From Lytechinus pictus (taxonomy: Eukaryota): a DNA stretch of 64,000 nucleotides. The notes beneath the pieces were generated by a model that ran no database searches, was not told where the DNA came from, and saw nothing but the letters and a program-made list of their open reading frames with translations. Each line of letters opens with the position of its first letter. The first letter of the stretch is position 1. The stretch lies in the NCBI RefSeq assembly GCF_037042905.1, contig NC_087246.1:3970001-4034000 (forward strand), given 5' to 3'. Below are positions 12,863 to 23,659 of this stretch, piece by piece. Position numbers and translations under genes: made by a program.

Positions 12863-13729
12863 CTGTGCAGGAGAGCTGGGAGGCAGTATTTGACAGGGTC
12901 TTAATCTTCGAATCTCTACCTTACAAATAAATACTCTACATATTACTGTCAATTTTAGGTGCACGTTTGCATATCATAATCATTACCTCTCCCCCTTTGC
13001 ATACAGAGTCATATTTCATACTGCAATAATTAATCAATATTTTTTCATCACTTATTCAAAATCAATTACTTGGAAGAGTATTACAAGACAGTGGAATGAA
13101 ATATCATGGAAATAATATACATGTAGAACTGCATTACACACATAAACATATACAAATAATTATAATAAATAATAAAGCTAACATTTATAGGGCGCTTTAT
13201 ACGGGTGTTTCAAAGCGCACAGGTGGGCTAACTAAAGTTAACAATGAATCTAGTAAAAAAAAGAAGAACGAACGAACGAACGAATACGATAAAACGACAG
13301 ATGTGCATAACAAGCAAATGGTACGGGAGGGGGGGGGGGCAGCCCCCACTTTTCAGCAAAAACATGAAAATGACCATCAGGCGAAATGATGATTTAAAAT
13401 AAAATTTCAGTCGTTTAAGAATATCAAATATATAAGAAAAGATACATGTTATAAACAGGAAATAAACTTTCAATTAAAATACACACATTCGAAAAACCTT
13501 TCATACATAGTAAAAGAAACGTCGGTGTGGGTGTTGCTTTTTGACAATGTGGTTGCTTTGTGGGAAAATGGAATTGATTTTTTGTGGGACGGAAATATTT
13601 TAATATCAATCAAACCGTTCTGTCGATTGTCAAACAGGCCATGACTATGGCATGTGCATGTTATTTAATGAATTCTATTATCCAACCTACACCACTCCAC
13701 TAACGTAATAACTCAATATTTGGAATGGT

Positions 13730-16063
13730 TTATAAAAACATTTTTTCAAAGGTCTCCTTCTGAGAGTAATATTCAAGGTCCGACTCAAGATGGCGGGCTT
13801 TCACTTCATCATCATTCTCTAGTTTTCCTGGAGACTTCAATATCAACATCAATACAGGCACAACGCCCGCCACAACCACCGTTGCGAAGAACTCTACAGT
13901 CGCTGGCAGGTCACTGACTCCGTCAATGAAAATGATAGTTGTCAGTCCGAAAGCGACGACGATGGCGATGAGTAACAGTTGGAATACAATGCCAGCGACC
14001 TCGAGGTAAACTGGCTGATACTTTTGAATAACAAGTTTGAAGAGATGAAATGGAATAATGGGAACGCCGTTCTCGTATTTGATGAGCTTAAGGTTTGTTG
14101 CAACGGCTTCATCCTCTCCAACATTGGGATGAAGTTCAATAGCTTCATGGTCGGTTGCTTCTGTATCGCTCATTTCACCTTCAGTTTCGCTATTAGGTCG
14201 AGCTTGCATCCCCGACGGCTTCTTCGAATTTTGCTTGTCCACCTCCTCTGCTTTCTCAATAATTCTCTTTAGGAGAACACAATATTTGTCATAGAAATTG
14301 GTAACTGCCGTGACTAAGTACCCGAAAACCGTGATTATGACGACAACTACCGGGCCTGCAAAATCCGAATTCAAAACAAATCCGATGAAAGTGTATCCGA
14401 TTAGCTCAGCGACATAGACGAAAGCAGCTACGAAAATGAAAATGACCGCGAAGGAAAGGAACATGGCAGAGAAGGCGGCGAAGATTTCAACGGCGTTGGG
14501 CTTTTTACTGGTACACTTGGCAACAGTCCATGTCACCGTGTAGAATAGAGGCACAGAGTTGAATAGGAGGACCAAACAGAATAAGATTAGAGCAAATGGG
14601 AAGACGATGACGAAAATGAGAAAGGTGACAAGAAGACGACATTTATTCTTGTTTTCCTCTTGTTTGACTCCTCCTAGGAGACCATAAGTAAAGTTCCATA
14701 TTGGTGAGAACCAATAACTCCAAAGTGCAGGGTTAATGGCCATAAAGGTTCGATACTTCATGGTATACATAAACGTGCTAAATGCTGTCTTTGGTGAACT
14801 TGGTTTCTTTGGGACATACAGATTCTCTGTCAGGGGTATGACAAGCCCAAAGTCAACTCGATCTTCATCCTTTACTTCAAGACTAAACAAATCGTCGTAT
14901 AAGTAGAGACCAAGGAAGAGCATGGCTATTGCTAAGAATATTACATTCACAAAGATGAACCAGAAGATGACAAGGCCTTTGCTAAGCAGGAGTTCATACG
15001 CGACTTCGAGGCGGTAAACGAACGCCTCGCCACTCACGGTGTATGATACAATGAAAGGAATGAATGGAATAATCATGAAAGCGACAACATAAATAAACCA
15101 CCGGGCAGCAACAACCACGGTGTACTTTTGACAGCTAAAGCATAGTAGGTATTTGAGTCCAAGAGGAAGGTCAGAATTGAGTGCGATGTAGTCCTTTCCA
15201 TCTCTCTCGATAAGTTCTTGTCCTCTGATGAAGAAACTCCCTGATAATGGCGAGAAAAGTGCCATAATCAATCCAAGGGCAAGGATGACACCAAGCCAAT
15301 CATGTTTACGAACAAGTGTTGATTCAATCTCGAAGGGATTCCCATCTCCTGCCCAACACTCATAAAGTGTACTCCCTTGAATGATGTAATAAGTACAGAG
15401 AGGAAAGCCATATACCCCAACTAGGTCAAAATCGTCAGACCTTTGCTTTTCTAGACAGACCATTGCTCCTTTGTCTGCATAGAATTCTTTGTTGGTGATG
15501 TTCAAGGTGTCGTTTGTAGATTGAACGAGACTACTTATGAAGCTAGCTAGAATCCGTTCTTTATCATTATCTGTGGCCTTCTGGAAGCAATCATCAGGAG
15601 GAGTATTTACAGGTACCTCAATATTGACCACGCCCAAACTGAGAGTCCCAAGCGAGAGCTGTTCAAAGTCAAAGGGATACGAGAGGAGCAACTCTCCCTT
15701 TCCCTCCAGGGCCCATACCCAGGTAGTTGGATCAATGACGTTAGATCTGTTATCATAAACATTCTGGAGATCCGAAATTTTCAGTTTAAAGTAGATGAAA
15801 ACAGCATTATCCTGGAAGACTTCACGTATCTTATCATCAACATCCTCTTTCTTGTCTGCTTGGAGGGTTAATGTACAATCCGTAGCAGACGACGATTGAC
15901 CTTGTGTAACCTCCAACGAAGTGTTTTGGGGCACGGCAGTCGTCGTATCGTCACTCCCCATGATTGCCTCAGAGGTTGTTGTAGTATCCCCAGACGCCCA
16001 TGTCACCAACAGACATATCATCACAATCAGAGTATAGTTCAAATGTTGATATGATTTCCCCAT
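13730..16063 (-). CDS. Intronless 777-aa membrane protein: signal peptide, Thr/Ser-rich stalk, Cys-containing ectodomain, ~8-10 TM segments; family not recognised
   Basis: Single 2334-bp ORF with AAAATGG start context; hydrophobic N-terminus ending TWASG; many 20-35-aa hydrophobic stretches; acidic loop near the C-terminus; no transposon motifs. Confidence 0.85.
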   Translation of the reverse strand: MGKSYQHLNYTLIVMICLLVTWASGDTTTTSEAIMGSDDTTTAVPQNTSLEVTQGQSSSATDCTLTLQADKKEDVDDKIREVFQDNAVFIYFKLKISDLQNVYDNRSNVIDPTTWVWALEGKGELLLSYPFDFEQLSLGTLSLGVVNIEVPVNTPPDDCFQKATDNDKERILASFISSLVQSTNDTLNITNKEFYADKGAMVCLEKQRSDDFDLVGVYGFPLCTYYIIQGSTLYECWAGDGNPFEIESTLVRKHDWLGVILALGLIMALFSPLSGSFFIRGQELIERDGKDYIALNSDLPLGLKYLLCFSCQKYTVVVAARWFIYVVAFMIIPFIPFIVSYTVSGEAFVYRLEVAYELLLSKGLVIFWFIFVNVIFLAIAMLFLGLYLYDDLFSLEVKDEDRVDFGLVIPLTENLYVPKKPSSPKTAFSTFMYTMKYRTFMAINPALWSYWFSPIWNFTYGLLGGVKQEENKNKCRLLVTFLIFVIVFPFALILFCLVLLFNSVPLFYTVTWTVAKCTSKKPNAVEIFAAFSAMFLSFAVIFIFVAAFVYVAELIGYTFIGFVLNSDFAGPVVVVIITVFGYLVTAVTNFYDKYCVLLKRIIEKAEEVDKQNSKKPSGMQARPNSETEGEMSDTEATDHEAIELHPNVGEDEAVATNLKLIKYENGVPIIPFHLFKLVIQKYQPVYLEVAGIVFQLLLIAIVVAFGLTTIIFIDGVSDLPATVEFFATVVVAGVVPVLMLILKSPGKLENDDEVKARHLESDLEYYSQKETFEKMFL

Positions 16064-16616
16064 TTTGCTAGTTCACATGCATATGAAGAATGGCTCAAAT
16101 ATTTACCTCACACGGGACCGTTTAAAATGTCACGGGTCATATACACACTCACATTCAGATCGTGCCCTTACATACCAAACACAGCGGGCCTGGAATACTG
16201 TCTTGTACTAGAACATGTAGAAGCTGACATACTTTTCACATGCACCACCGAAAAGCCAGAAGTGATAGAGTTTTACTATAAAGTGTTGATTGACCAAAAC
16301 ACATGGATATCTCCTTGAAAATACTTGGTTTGATATTGTAGGCCCAGTACTGTATTTCCCTGTCCAACGCCAAACGCATACATGCATGCCACTCCCGATA
16401 ATTGTTATATTTATTGTACACGGCTTGTATAGAGCGTAGTTCTACATGTACACTAGGAGGAGTCAGCGGTCCGTGGAGAGGGGCAGTTTTGCACCCATTG
16501 AAAGAAAAGTTTTTGTGTGCGGAGCAGGTATATAGAGGTCGGGGGTCTCTTTGCGTAGGCGTAGTGTAACTGTAAGAATGAAATCTGTTCTATTGTCGTG
16601 GTCGGTGCATGAAATT

Positions 16617-16815
16617 CATTGGCGGCGGAAGCCAACAATTTTAGGGGGGACGCAGGAAGCAATATTGACAAGCCCCCCCTAAAAAAAAAAAGGTTATCAA
16701 CCAAAATTTCAGGGAGGGACTACCAGAAAAATTTGACATGCAAAAAAAAAAAAAAAAAGTCATCAACAATTTTAGGGGGGATCGTCCCCCCACCTCAAAT
16801 TTTCTGCCGCCTATG
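16617..16815. mobile_element. hAT-like MITE, 8-bp TSD
   Basis: CATTGGCGGCGGAA...TTCTGCCGCCTATG; ATGAAATT at 16609-16616 and 16816-16823. Confidence 0.8.
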
Positions 16816-17272
16816 ATGAAATTGTGTTGGCATAACAAGTATTTCATACTCTCCCCTAACCCAGGGAGCTCTCCCAATCATGTCCATCACATTACCTTAT
16901 CCATGTATCCACGTTCTCTCTCTCCCCCTCTTACTTCTCTCCCTCTCTCTCTCTCTCCCTCTCCCACCCCAACAACCGTCCAATGTGGTAATATTGAATA
17001 GTATTCCTATCAATGCAAAATTACTTTGGGGGTAAAATCGCACTTTAGAAAAATCATCATTGGACTCTTCTTCCCTCACAAGATAATTTGCATTATGATG
17101 ACTGAATTTTGTTGTCGCGGATAGCTTGAACTTCAACGGACAAATTTTCATGATAATATAGACATAAATTACTTTGGAATTATCTAATCGACATTTAAAA
17201 GTATATAAACAAATATCATAATCCCGTTTCATAAAGCTCAAAGAAAAAAATGAAGTGAATTTCATAAAGCTA

Positions 17273-17471
17273 TTTTTTTTTTTTTTTTTTAAACAAGTTC
17301 ACACCTAGTTACCATTAATGCATATAGCATTTCCATTTGTTTGAAAGCAGGATAAAAGAGCATTGTAGATTAGATGCCTTGCTCACGGGCATAGCTGCCG
17401 CGGCCGGGGATCGAACCCCGGACTTTTTTATGTATAGCCAGGCGCCTTAGACCACTCGGCCACGGCACCTC
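17273..17471 (-). mobile_element. tRNA-derived SINE with poly(A) tail
   Basis: Minus strand GAGGTGCCGTGGCCGAGTGGTCTAAGGCG (A box), GGTTCGATCCCC (B box), core GTGAGCAAGGC, A-tail (T-run 17273-17290). Confidence 0.85.
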
Positions 17472-17477
17472 CTAATT

Positions 17478-18878
17478 TTTTTTTTTTTTAAAGGATGTTT
17501 TATTGTATTCTCTCAAATCAAAATAAACATTCACATTCCATAAGCAAGTTGTACAAACTATTTGAAACATGATTATAAATTATACAATAAATCCAGAACA
17601 AATATAATTATACAAACTATACATCAAACTTCAAAGATACTAGAAATTAATACTAATGCGTTTCAGCAATTACAAAATGAAATATTAACAAGATGTATGA
17701 ATGATAAGAGAGAAAAAAAAAAATAAAAGTGTTGTTCTACCTCCCAACCCCCCCCCCCCCCGTCCCTAGGTTAGGAGCACCCTCCCCTTTTTATGCCTAT
17801 ACTCTACATGGAAGGGACTACAATTCTCCGTATTTATTTATTTTTGTATTTTTTGTGTGGTTTTGTCTCTCGTTGTATATATACCTTTGCCTCACTCTCC
17901 CTATATATTCTTTTAATTCAGATTTTCCCATTTCCTTAAATGTAGAGACATCTTACCTCTACCTAGCGCCAGCCTTCTTTCTTCCCATTCTTCTTCTTTA
18001 AATTTCCTTTTAATTTCATACATGGGTATAAGTGCTCCCTTTTCCCTCCCTTTGAAGATTAAAAATTTAACAAAGATTAGAAAATGATTGACTAAACGTT
18101 CCTTTCCTTCGTCCTTTAATTCTACACCTACAAGAATTTCCTCCCAGCTTAAATTGCCCGTCGAAATAAAACCAAACATCTTCTTACAATTATCCCAAAC
18201 CAGACAAGCATATTCACATTCCAAAAATAGATGGCGATATGTTTCTTCCTCTTTTTTACAATAACCACAAAGATTATTCTGTGAGATTTTAAAACGGAAC
18301 AAGTGATGATTTGTATAAGCAATGCCGTGTAACATTTTAAACTGAAACTCTCTTAATCTACTGTTCAGAGTACATTGTCTTGGTCCTTTAAAAATCTTTT
18401 CAATCTTTTCATAAGAAAAACTATATTTGTTTTTTAACCTTTCGAAAACATCAGGTATTGTGAAGTTACATTTCATAAAATTTGCATAAACGTTTTTAGA
18501 TACTAACTCCTCTATTGACAAAATTCTTTTTCCAGATATAAATGATATTTCTTCCCTAAGAGAAGCCTCTTTGCTATCTATTTTCATATTTCGTTTCCAG
18601 CTGACTGGAAAAGTTTTATAAATTGACTCTATCAAATGAAAATCATTTATGTTTAAACCCTGTCTTTGGAAGTACGAAAATGACCTTAAGTTTCCATCAC
18701 AATCCATAATATGTTTCAGTCTGTAAATATTTTTTTCATATAATTTTTGGTTAAATATGCATTTCCCTTCAATTCGTACAAATTTATTGTTAAAAAATAT
18801 CTCATTTCCTTTATATGTTTCAGATTTTAATCGAAAATCCTTCGTCTCTATCCATACTTCTAGCAAATCTATATAAAA
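17478..18878 (-). mobile_element. 5'-truncated copy of the adjacent Tx1/L1-clade LINE (last ~317 codons of ORF2, 3'UTR, poly(A))
   Basis: Highly similar but not identical to about 18885-20290 (KLYEKN vs KIYEKN, DCDGNL vs DYDGRL); has its own poly(A) tail. Confidence 0.92.
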
Positions 18879-19325
18879 CTAATTTTTTTTTTTTTTAAAG
18901 GATGTTTTATTGTATTCTCTCAAATCAAAATAAACATTCACATTCAATAAGCAGGTTGTACAAACTATTTCAACATGATCAAAAATTATACAATAAATCC
19001 ATAACAGTTATAATTATACAAATTATACATCAAACTTCAAAGATACTAGAAATTAATACTAATGCATTTCAGCAATTACAAAATGAAATATTAACCAGAT
19101 GTATGAAGTGATAAGAGAGAAAAAAAAGATAAAAAGTGTTGTTCTACCTCCCAACCCCCCCCCCCCCCCCCCCCGTCCCCAGGTTAGGAGCACCCTCCTC
19201 TTTTTATGCCTATACTCTACATGGAAGGGACTACAATTCTCCGTATTGATTTTTTTCTGTGTATTTTTTGTGGTTTTGTCTTTCGTTGTATATATACATT
19301 TGCCTCACTCTCCCTAGATATACTT

Positions 19326-22300
19326 TTAGTTAAGATTTTCCCATTTCCTTAAATGTAGAGACATCTTACCCCTACCTAGCGCCAGCCTTCTTTCTTCCCA
19401 TTCTTCTTCTTTAAATTTCCTTTTAATTTTATCCATGGTTATAAATGCACCCTTTTCCCTCCCTTTGAAGATTAAAAATTTAACAAAGATTAGAAAATGA
19501 TTGACTAAACGTTCCTTTCCTTCGTCCTTTAATTCTACACCTACAAGAATTTCCTCCCAGCTTAAATTACTCGTAGAAATAAAACCAAACATCTCCTTAC
19601 AATTATCCCAAACAAGACAAGCATATTCACATTCCAAAAATAGATGGCGATATGTTTCCTCCTCTTTTTTACAATAACAACAAAGATTATTCTGTGAGAT
19701 TTTAAAACGGAATAAGTGATGATTTGTATAAGCAATGCCGTGTAACATTTTAAACTGAAACTCTCTTAATCTACTGTTTAGAGTACATTGTCTTGGTCTC
19801 ATAAAAATGTGTTCAATCTTTTCATAAGAAAAACTATATTTATTTTTTAACCTTTCGAAAACATCAGGTATTGCGAAGTTACATTTCATAAAATTTGCAT
19901 AAACGTTTTTAGATACTAACTCCTCTATTGATAAAATTCTTTTTCCAGATATAAATGATATTTCTTCCCTAAGAGAAGCCTCTTTGCTATCTATTTTCAT
20001 ATTTCGTTTCCAGCTGACTGGAAAAGTTTTATAAATTGACTCTATGAAATGAAAATCATTTATGTCTAAACCCTGTCTTTGGAAGTACGAAAATGACCTT
20101 AAGCGTCCATCATAATCCATAATATGTTTCAATCTGTAAATATTTTTTTCATATATTTTTTGGTTAAATATGCATTTCCCTTCAATTCGTACAAATTTAT
20201 TGTTAAAAAATATCTCATTTCCTTTATATGTTTCAGATTTTAATCGAAAATCCTTCGTCTCTATCCATACTTCTAACAAATCTATATAAAATTGCGGCAA
20301 TGCTATCTCCAACAATCCAAGCAAGTAATCACATGAAAATATAAAATTTCCTCCCAGATGTTTTGTGGCATAATTGAAATATTGTTTCCATTTCATTGCA
20401 TTATTTTCTTTTAGTTTTTTAATCCACATAACTCTCTGTGCCTTTATTAACCATTGAAAATTCATCATTTTCAAGCCGCCTTGATGGTAATCTAAATACA
20501 TCGTTCTTTTGTTAATCTTATTTCTGCCACCCCACAAAAAAGTAAAAGCCAACTGATCAAGTTCAACATAAACCCATCCTGGGATTGGTGTGAGAGATGC
20601 CACAAATATGAATTTTGAAAATATAAATTGCTTTAATAATTGTATTTTGCCCATCAAGGTTAAATCTCTTTGCTTCCACCAGTTTAACAACTTCTTTATT
20701 TTACTTAATATTTCTTTATAATTCAATCTTTCTTTTACTTCTACATCTAAAGAAAAAAATACACCGAGAATCTTTATAAAATCCACCTTTTGGCCAAAAG
20801 ATAAATCATATGATTTTCCTTGAGAGGAACCTAATAATAAAACCTTCGTCTTATCGCTATTAACTCTAAGTCCTGATACTTTTCTGAATTTTTCTAAAAT
20901 TTCTATTACTTTTTTGACTGAATCTAGGTCTCGAACAAAAATAGACATATCATCTGCATACATAACCTGTTTTACTTCTTCCTTTCCAAAGAAAATTCCT
21001 TTAACATCATTATCATATCTTATATTATGCGCTAATACTTCTATGCATAAAATGAAAAGATATGGTGAAAGCGGATCTCCCTGCCTTACCCCTCTTTCCA
21101 CATGAAAATAGCTTGTAGAATCTCCTCCGTTAAAAATACAACTTTGGCTATTTGTATACAGTATTTTGACCCATTTGCGAAATTGCTGACCAAAACCAAA
21201 TGAACCTAATGTTTGATGTAAAAAATTGTGGGATACCGAATCAAAGGCTTTTTCTAAATCAATTGCTATCATATACCCAGGGATATTATTATATAACGTA
21301 TGAAAAAGCATATCATCAATCAATCTGATAGCTTCTCCTATATTCCTGTGTTTAATAAATCCGATTTGATCTGCTAATACAACGCTTTCCAAAACCTCTT
21401 TAATTCGTTTTGCTAAAACTTTGGATATGATCTTATAATCTGTATTCAATAACGAAATGGGTCTATAATTCTTTACGTAATGTGGGTCTTTCCCTTCTTT
21501 AGCTAATAAAATAATAATTGCTTGTTTTTGTGATGCAGAAAGTTCTCCAAGAGCAAAAGCTTCATTGAATGCCCCAATCAATACATCCCTTATTTCAGCC
21601 CAAAATGTACAATAAAATTCAACTGTTAACCCATTATTTCCAGGGGATTTATTTTGCTTCATTTCTTTCAGCACCGAAATACACTCCTCTTCTAATATAT
21701 CCCCTTCACAGCTTTCAGAATCTTCAGATGTTAACATTGGTACATTTCTAAAGAAATCCTTAAAATCTTCCGTGTATTCCCTAGCATAAAGATGGGTATA
21801 AAATGATTTAATTTCATTTAAAACTTCTTTCTCATTTTCAGTAATTTCTCCGTTAACCTTAACTAATTGTATTATAGTACTTTTCTTCTTGTTAGATTGT
21901 AATAGTTGACTAAAATACCTTGTATCCCTTTCTCCACTTTCGTACCATGTCGCACGAGACCGAATTTTAATACCTTCATTAATGTAATCGTAACTGTCTG
22001 CAAGTTCTTTTCTTTTCTTTTCTATCTTTTTAATCAATTCTTCATCTACTGGATTTACGCAACTACCTTCTAAACATTCCAATTCCTTTTCGAGAGATTC
22101 TTTTTTAATTTTTTTTTCCTTAGCCAGTTTTTTCGAAAAAGTTCTTGTGAAAGACATTATTTTCATTTTCAAATAATCCCATACAACTCTTCTATCTTTA
22201 ACTTCTGTCTTTATTTTCTCCTTTAATGTAAGTATTTCTGTTTTCATCTTTTTCACATATTCTACATTACCACAAAGGCTATTATTAAATTTCCAATAAG

Positions 22301-23075
22301 AACCATTCTTTTTACGCATTTCCTTATCAGTTTTATCATACAGAAACAAAAAAATAGCTGAATGGTCAGGAGCTATAGATGGTAAAATTTTGCAGCTGAT
22401 AACAACATTTACCAATTCGTCTGATATTAGCCAATGATCTAATCTGCTTTGCATAAACGGATTATTTTTAGTGAAGGTAAATTGTCTTTTCAATGGATTT
22501 CTCTCTCTCCGTATGTCTATTAATTGTAGTTCCTCCATGAAATTTTCTACTTCTTTACTAACGTTGTCATGTATTTTTTGTTTCACTGTTCCATTATAAT
22601 CTAATTCAGAATTCATAATGATATTAAAATCTCCTCCCATTAAAATAGGTTTATTACAACTATTAATTTTGTTTAATTTTATAAGCATATCCTTTAAAAA
22701 TTTTATTTGATGATTTTCTTTATCTCTCGTCGGTAAGTAAACATTACAAAGGACCATTCTATGTCCTTGGATTTCACAATCAATGAGTATGTATCGCCCT
22801 TCGTCATCTTGTTTTATATTTATAAGTTTAAAGTCTATTGAGGTTTTGATAAGAATGAGTACTCCTCTGCTATGATTTGATCCATGACTATAGTAACATG
22901 ACCCATCCCACCCAGAACTCCATCTATCCTCTACATCTTTTGTACTATACGTCTCCTGTAAAAAAATTACATCCCCTTTTTCTTTGCACCATGAAAATAT
23001 TCGTCCCCTTTTCGCGCATTCTCTTATTCCTCTAACATTTAAGGAAACAAAATTACAATTTAAACATCTATTCAT
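19326..23075 (-). CDS. LINE ORF2p, 1249 aa: APE endonuclease, reverse transcriptase and C-terminal CCHC region (Tx1/L1 clade)
   Basis: SLNVRG, FLQET, GGDFN, SRLDHWL, PDHSA (APE); KSPGNNG, YRPISLLN.DYK, DLEKAFD, GVRQGDPLSP, YADD (RT); GGL motif; CxxC..ET..HLFLEC. Confidence 0.97.
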   Translation of the reverse strand: MNRCLNCNFVSLNVRGIRECAKRGRIFSWCKEKGDVIFLQETYSTKDVEDRWSSGWDGSCYYSHGSNHSRGVLILIKTSIDFKLINIKQDDEGRYILIDCEIQGHRMVLCNVYLPTRDKENHQIKFLKDMLIKLNKINSCNKPILMGGDFNIIMNSELDYNGTVKQKIHDNVSKEVENFMEELQLIDIRRERNPLKRQFTFTKNNPFMQSRLDHWLISDELVNVVISCKILPSIAPDHSAIFLFLYDKTDKEMRKKNGSYWKFNNSLCGNVEYVKKMKTEILTLKEKIKTEVKDRRVVWDYLKMKIMSFTRTFSKKLAKEKKIKKESLEKELECLEGSCVNPVDEELIKKIEKKRKELADSYDYINEGIKIRSRATWYESGERDTRYFSQLLQSNKKKSTIIQLVKVNGEITENEKEVLNEIKSFYTHLYAREYTEDFKDFFRNVPMLTSEDSESCEGDILEEECISVLKEMKQNKSPGNNGLTVEFYCTFWAEIRDVLIGAFNEAFALGELSASQKQAIIILLAKEGKDPHYVKNYRPISLLNTDYKIISKVLAKRIKEVLESVVLADQIGFIKHRNIGEAIRLIDDMLFHTLYNNIPGYMIAIDLEKAFDSVSHNFLHQTLGSFGFGQQFRKWVKILYTNSQSCIFNGGDSTSYFHVERGVRQGDPLSPYLFILCIEVLAHNIRYDNDVKGIFFGKEEVKQVMYADDMSIFVRDLDSVKKVIEILEKFRKVSGLRVNSDKTKVLLLGSSQGKSYDLSFGQKVDFIKILGVFFSLDVEVKERLNYKEILSKIKKLLNWWKQRDLTLMGKIQLLKQFIFSKFIFVASLTPIPGWVYVELDQLAFTFLWGGRNKINKRTMYLDYHQGGLKMMNFQWLIKAQRVMWIKKLKENNAMKWKQYFNYATKHLGGNFIFSCDYLLGLLEIALPQFYIDLLEVWIETKDFRLKSETYKGNEIFFNNKFVRIEGKCIFNQKIYEKNIYRLKHIMDYDGRLRSFSYFQRQGLDINDFHFIESIYKTFPVSWKRNMKIDSKEASLREEISFISGKRILSIEELVSKNVYANFMKCNFAIPDVFERLKNKYSFSYEKIEHIFMRPRQCTLNSRLREFQFKMLHGIAYTNHHLFRFKISQNNLCCYCKKEEETYRHLFLECEYACLVWDNCKEMFGFISTSNLSWEEILVGVELKDEGKERLVNHFLIFVKFLIFKGREKGAFITMDKIKRKFKEEEWEERRLALGRGKMSLHLRKWENLN

Positions 23076-23659
23076 AAAGAAAATCTAAAAAGATCATTCT
23101 ACCATTTTTATTGTATAAAAACTTTAAGATTTTCACTACGTTATTTATAGGGAGAGTGAGGACTAGACATACCAACATATTTCCTAGTGTAACTGCAGTA
23201 CATAGTCCAATGATAAACTCTAATTTATTGCGCCATTGTTCAAAACAAAAATAAATGTCTATCAATTCGAGTATTACTATCCCTTCCATGTAGAACATTA
23301 TCTCTAAGAATCCTAAAAAAGGTGCTCGTAATACCTGCAAGTAAAAAAAGAAGGGAAGGAATCCCATCTCTACGACCTTCCCCAAAGCAACACTCCCTCA
23401 CAGCTCACCCTTCTTTACAGGTTGCTGTAGTATTTCCAAGAATAATAATCTACCCCTAATTGTTGTCTTTTTTCTTTGTTATAATCTTATTGAATTTAAA
23501 CGAAATAGCTGTAAATAAAATCAATAATGAAAAAAAGAAAAACTGACATGCATTCAATCAGCATATACCGCATTAATAAGTTAAGTTTTAAACTTACACA
23601 TACTAAGCAAGTAAATTTTTATGTTAATAATAACCTATCCCCACAAAACAATACAAGTA

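Noticed and set aside
17913..18866. 317-aa ORF as an independent gene
   Set aside because: It is the C-terminal fragment of ORF2 in a 5'-truncated LINE copy.
23068..23385. 105-aa ORF as LINE ORF1
   Set aside because: Non-ATG start, too short, and no coiled-coil, RRM or zinc-knuckle features.
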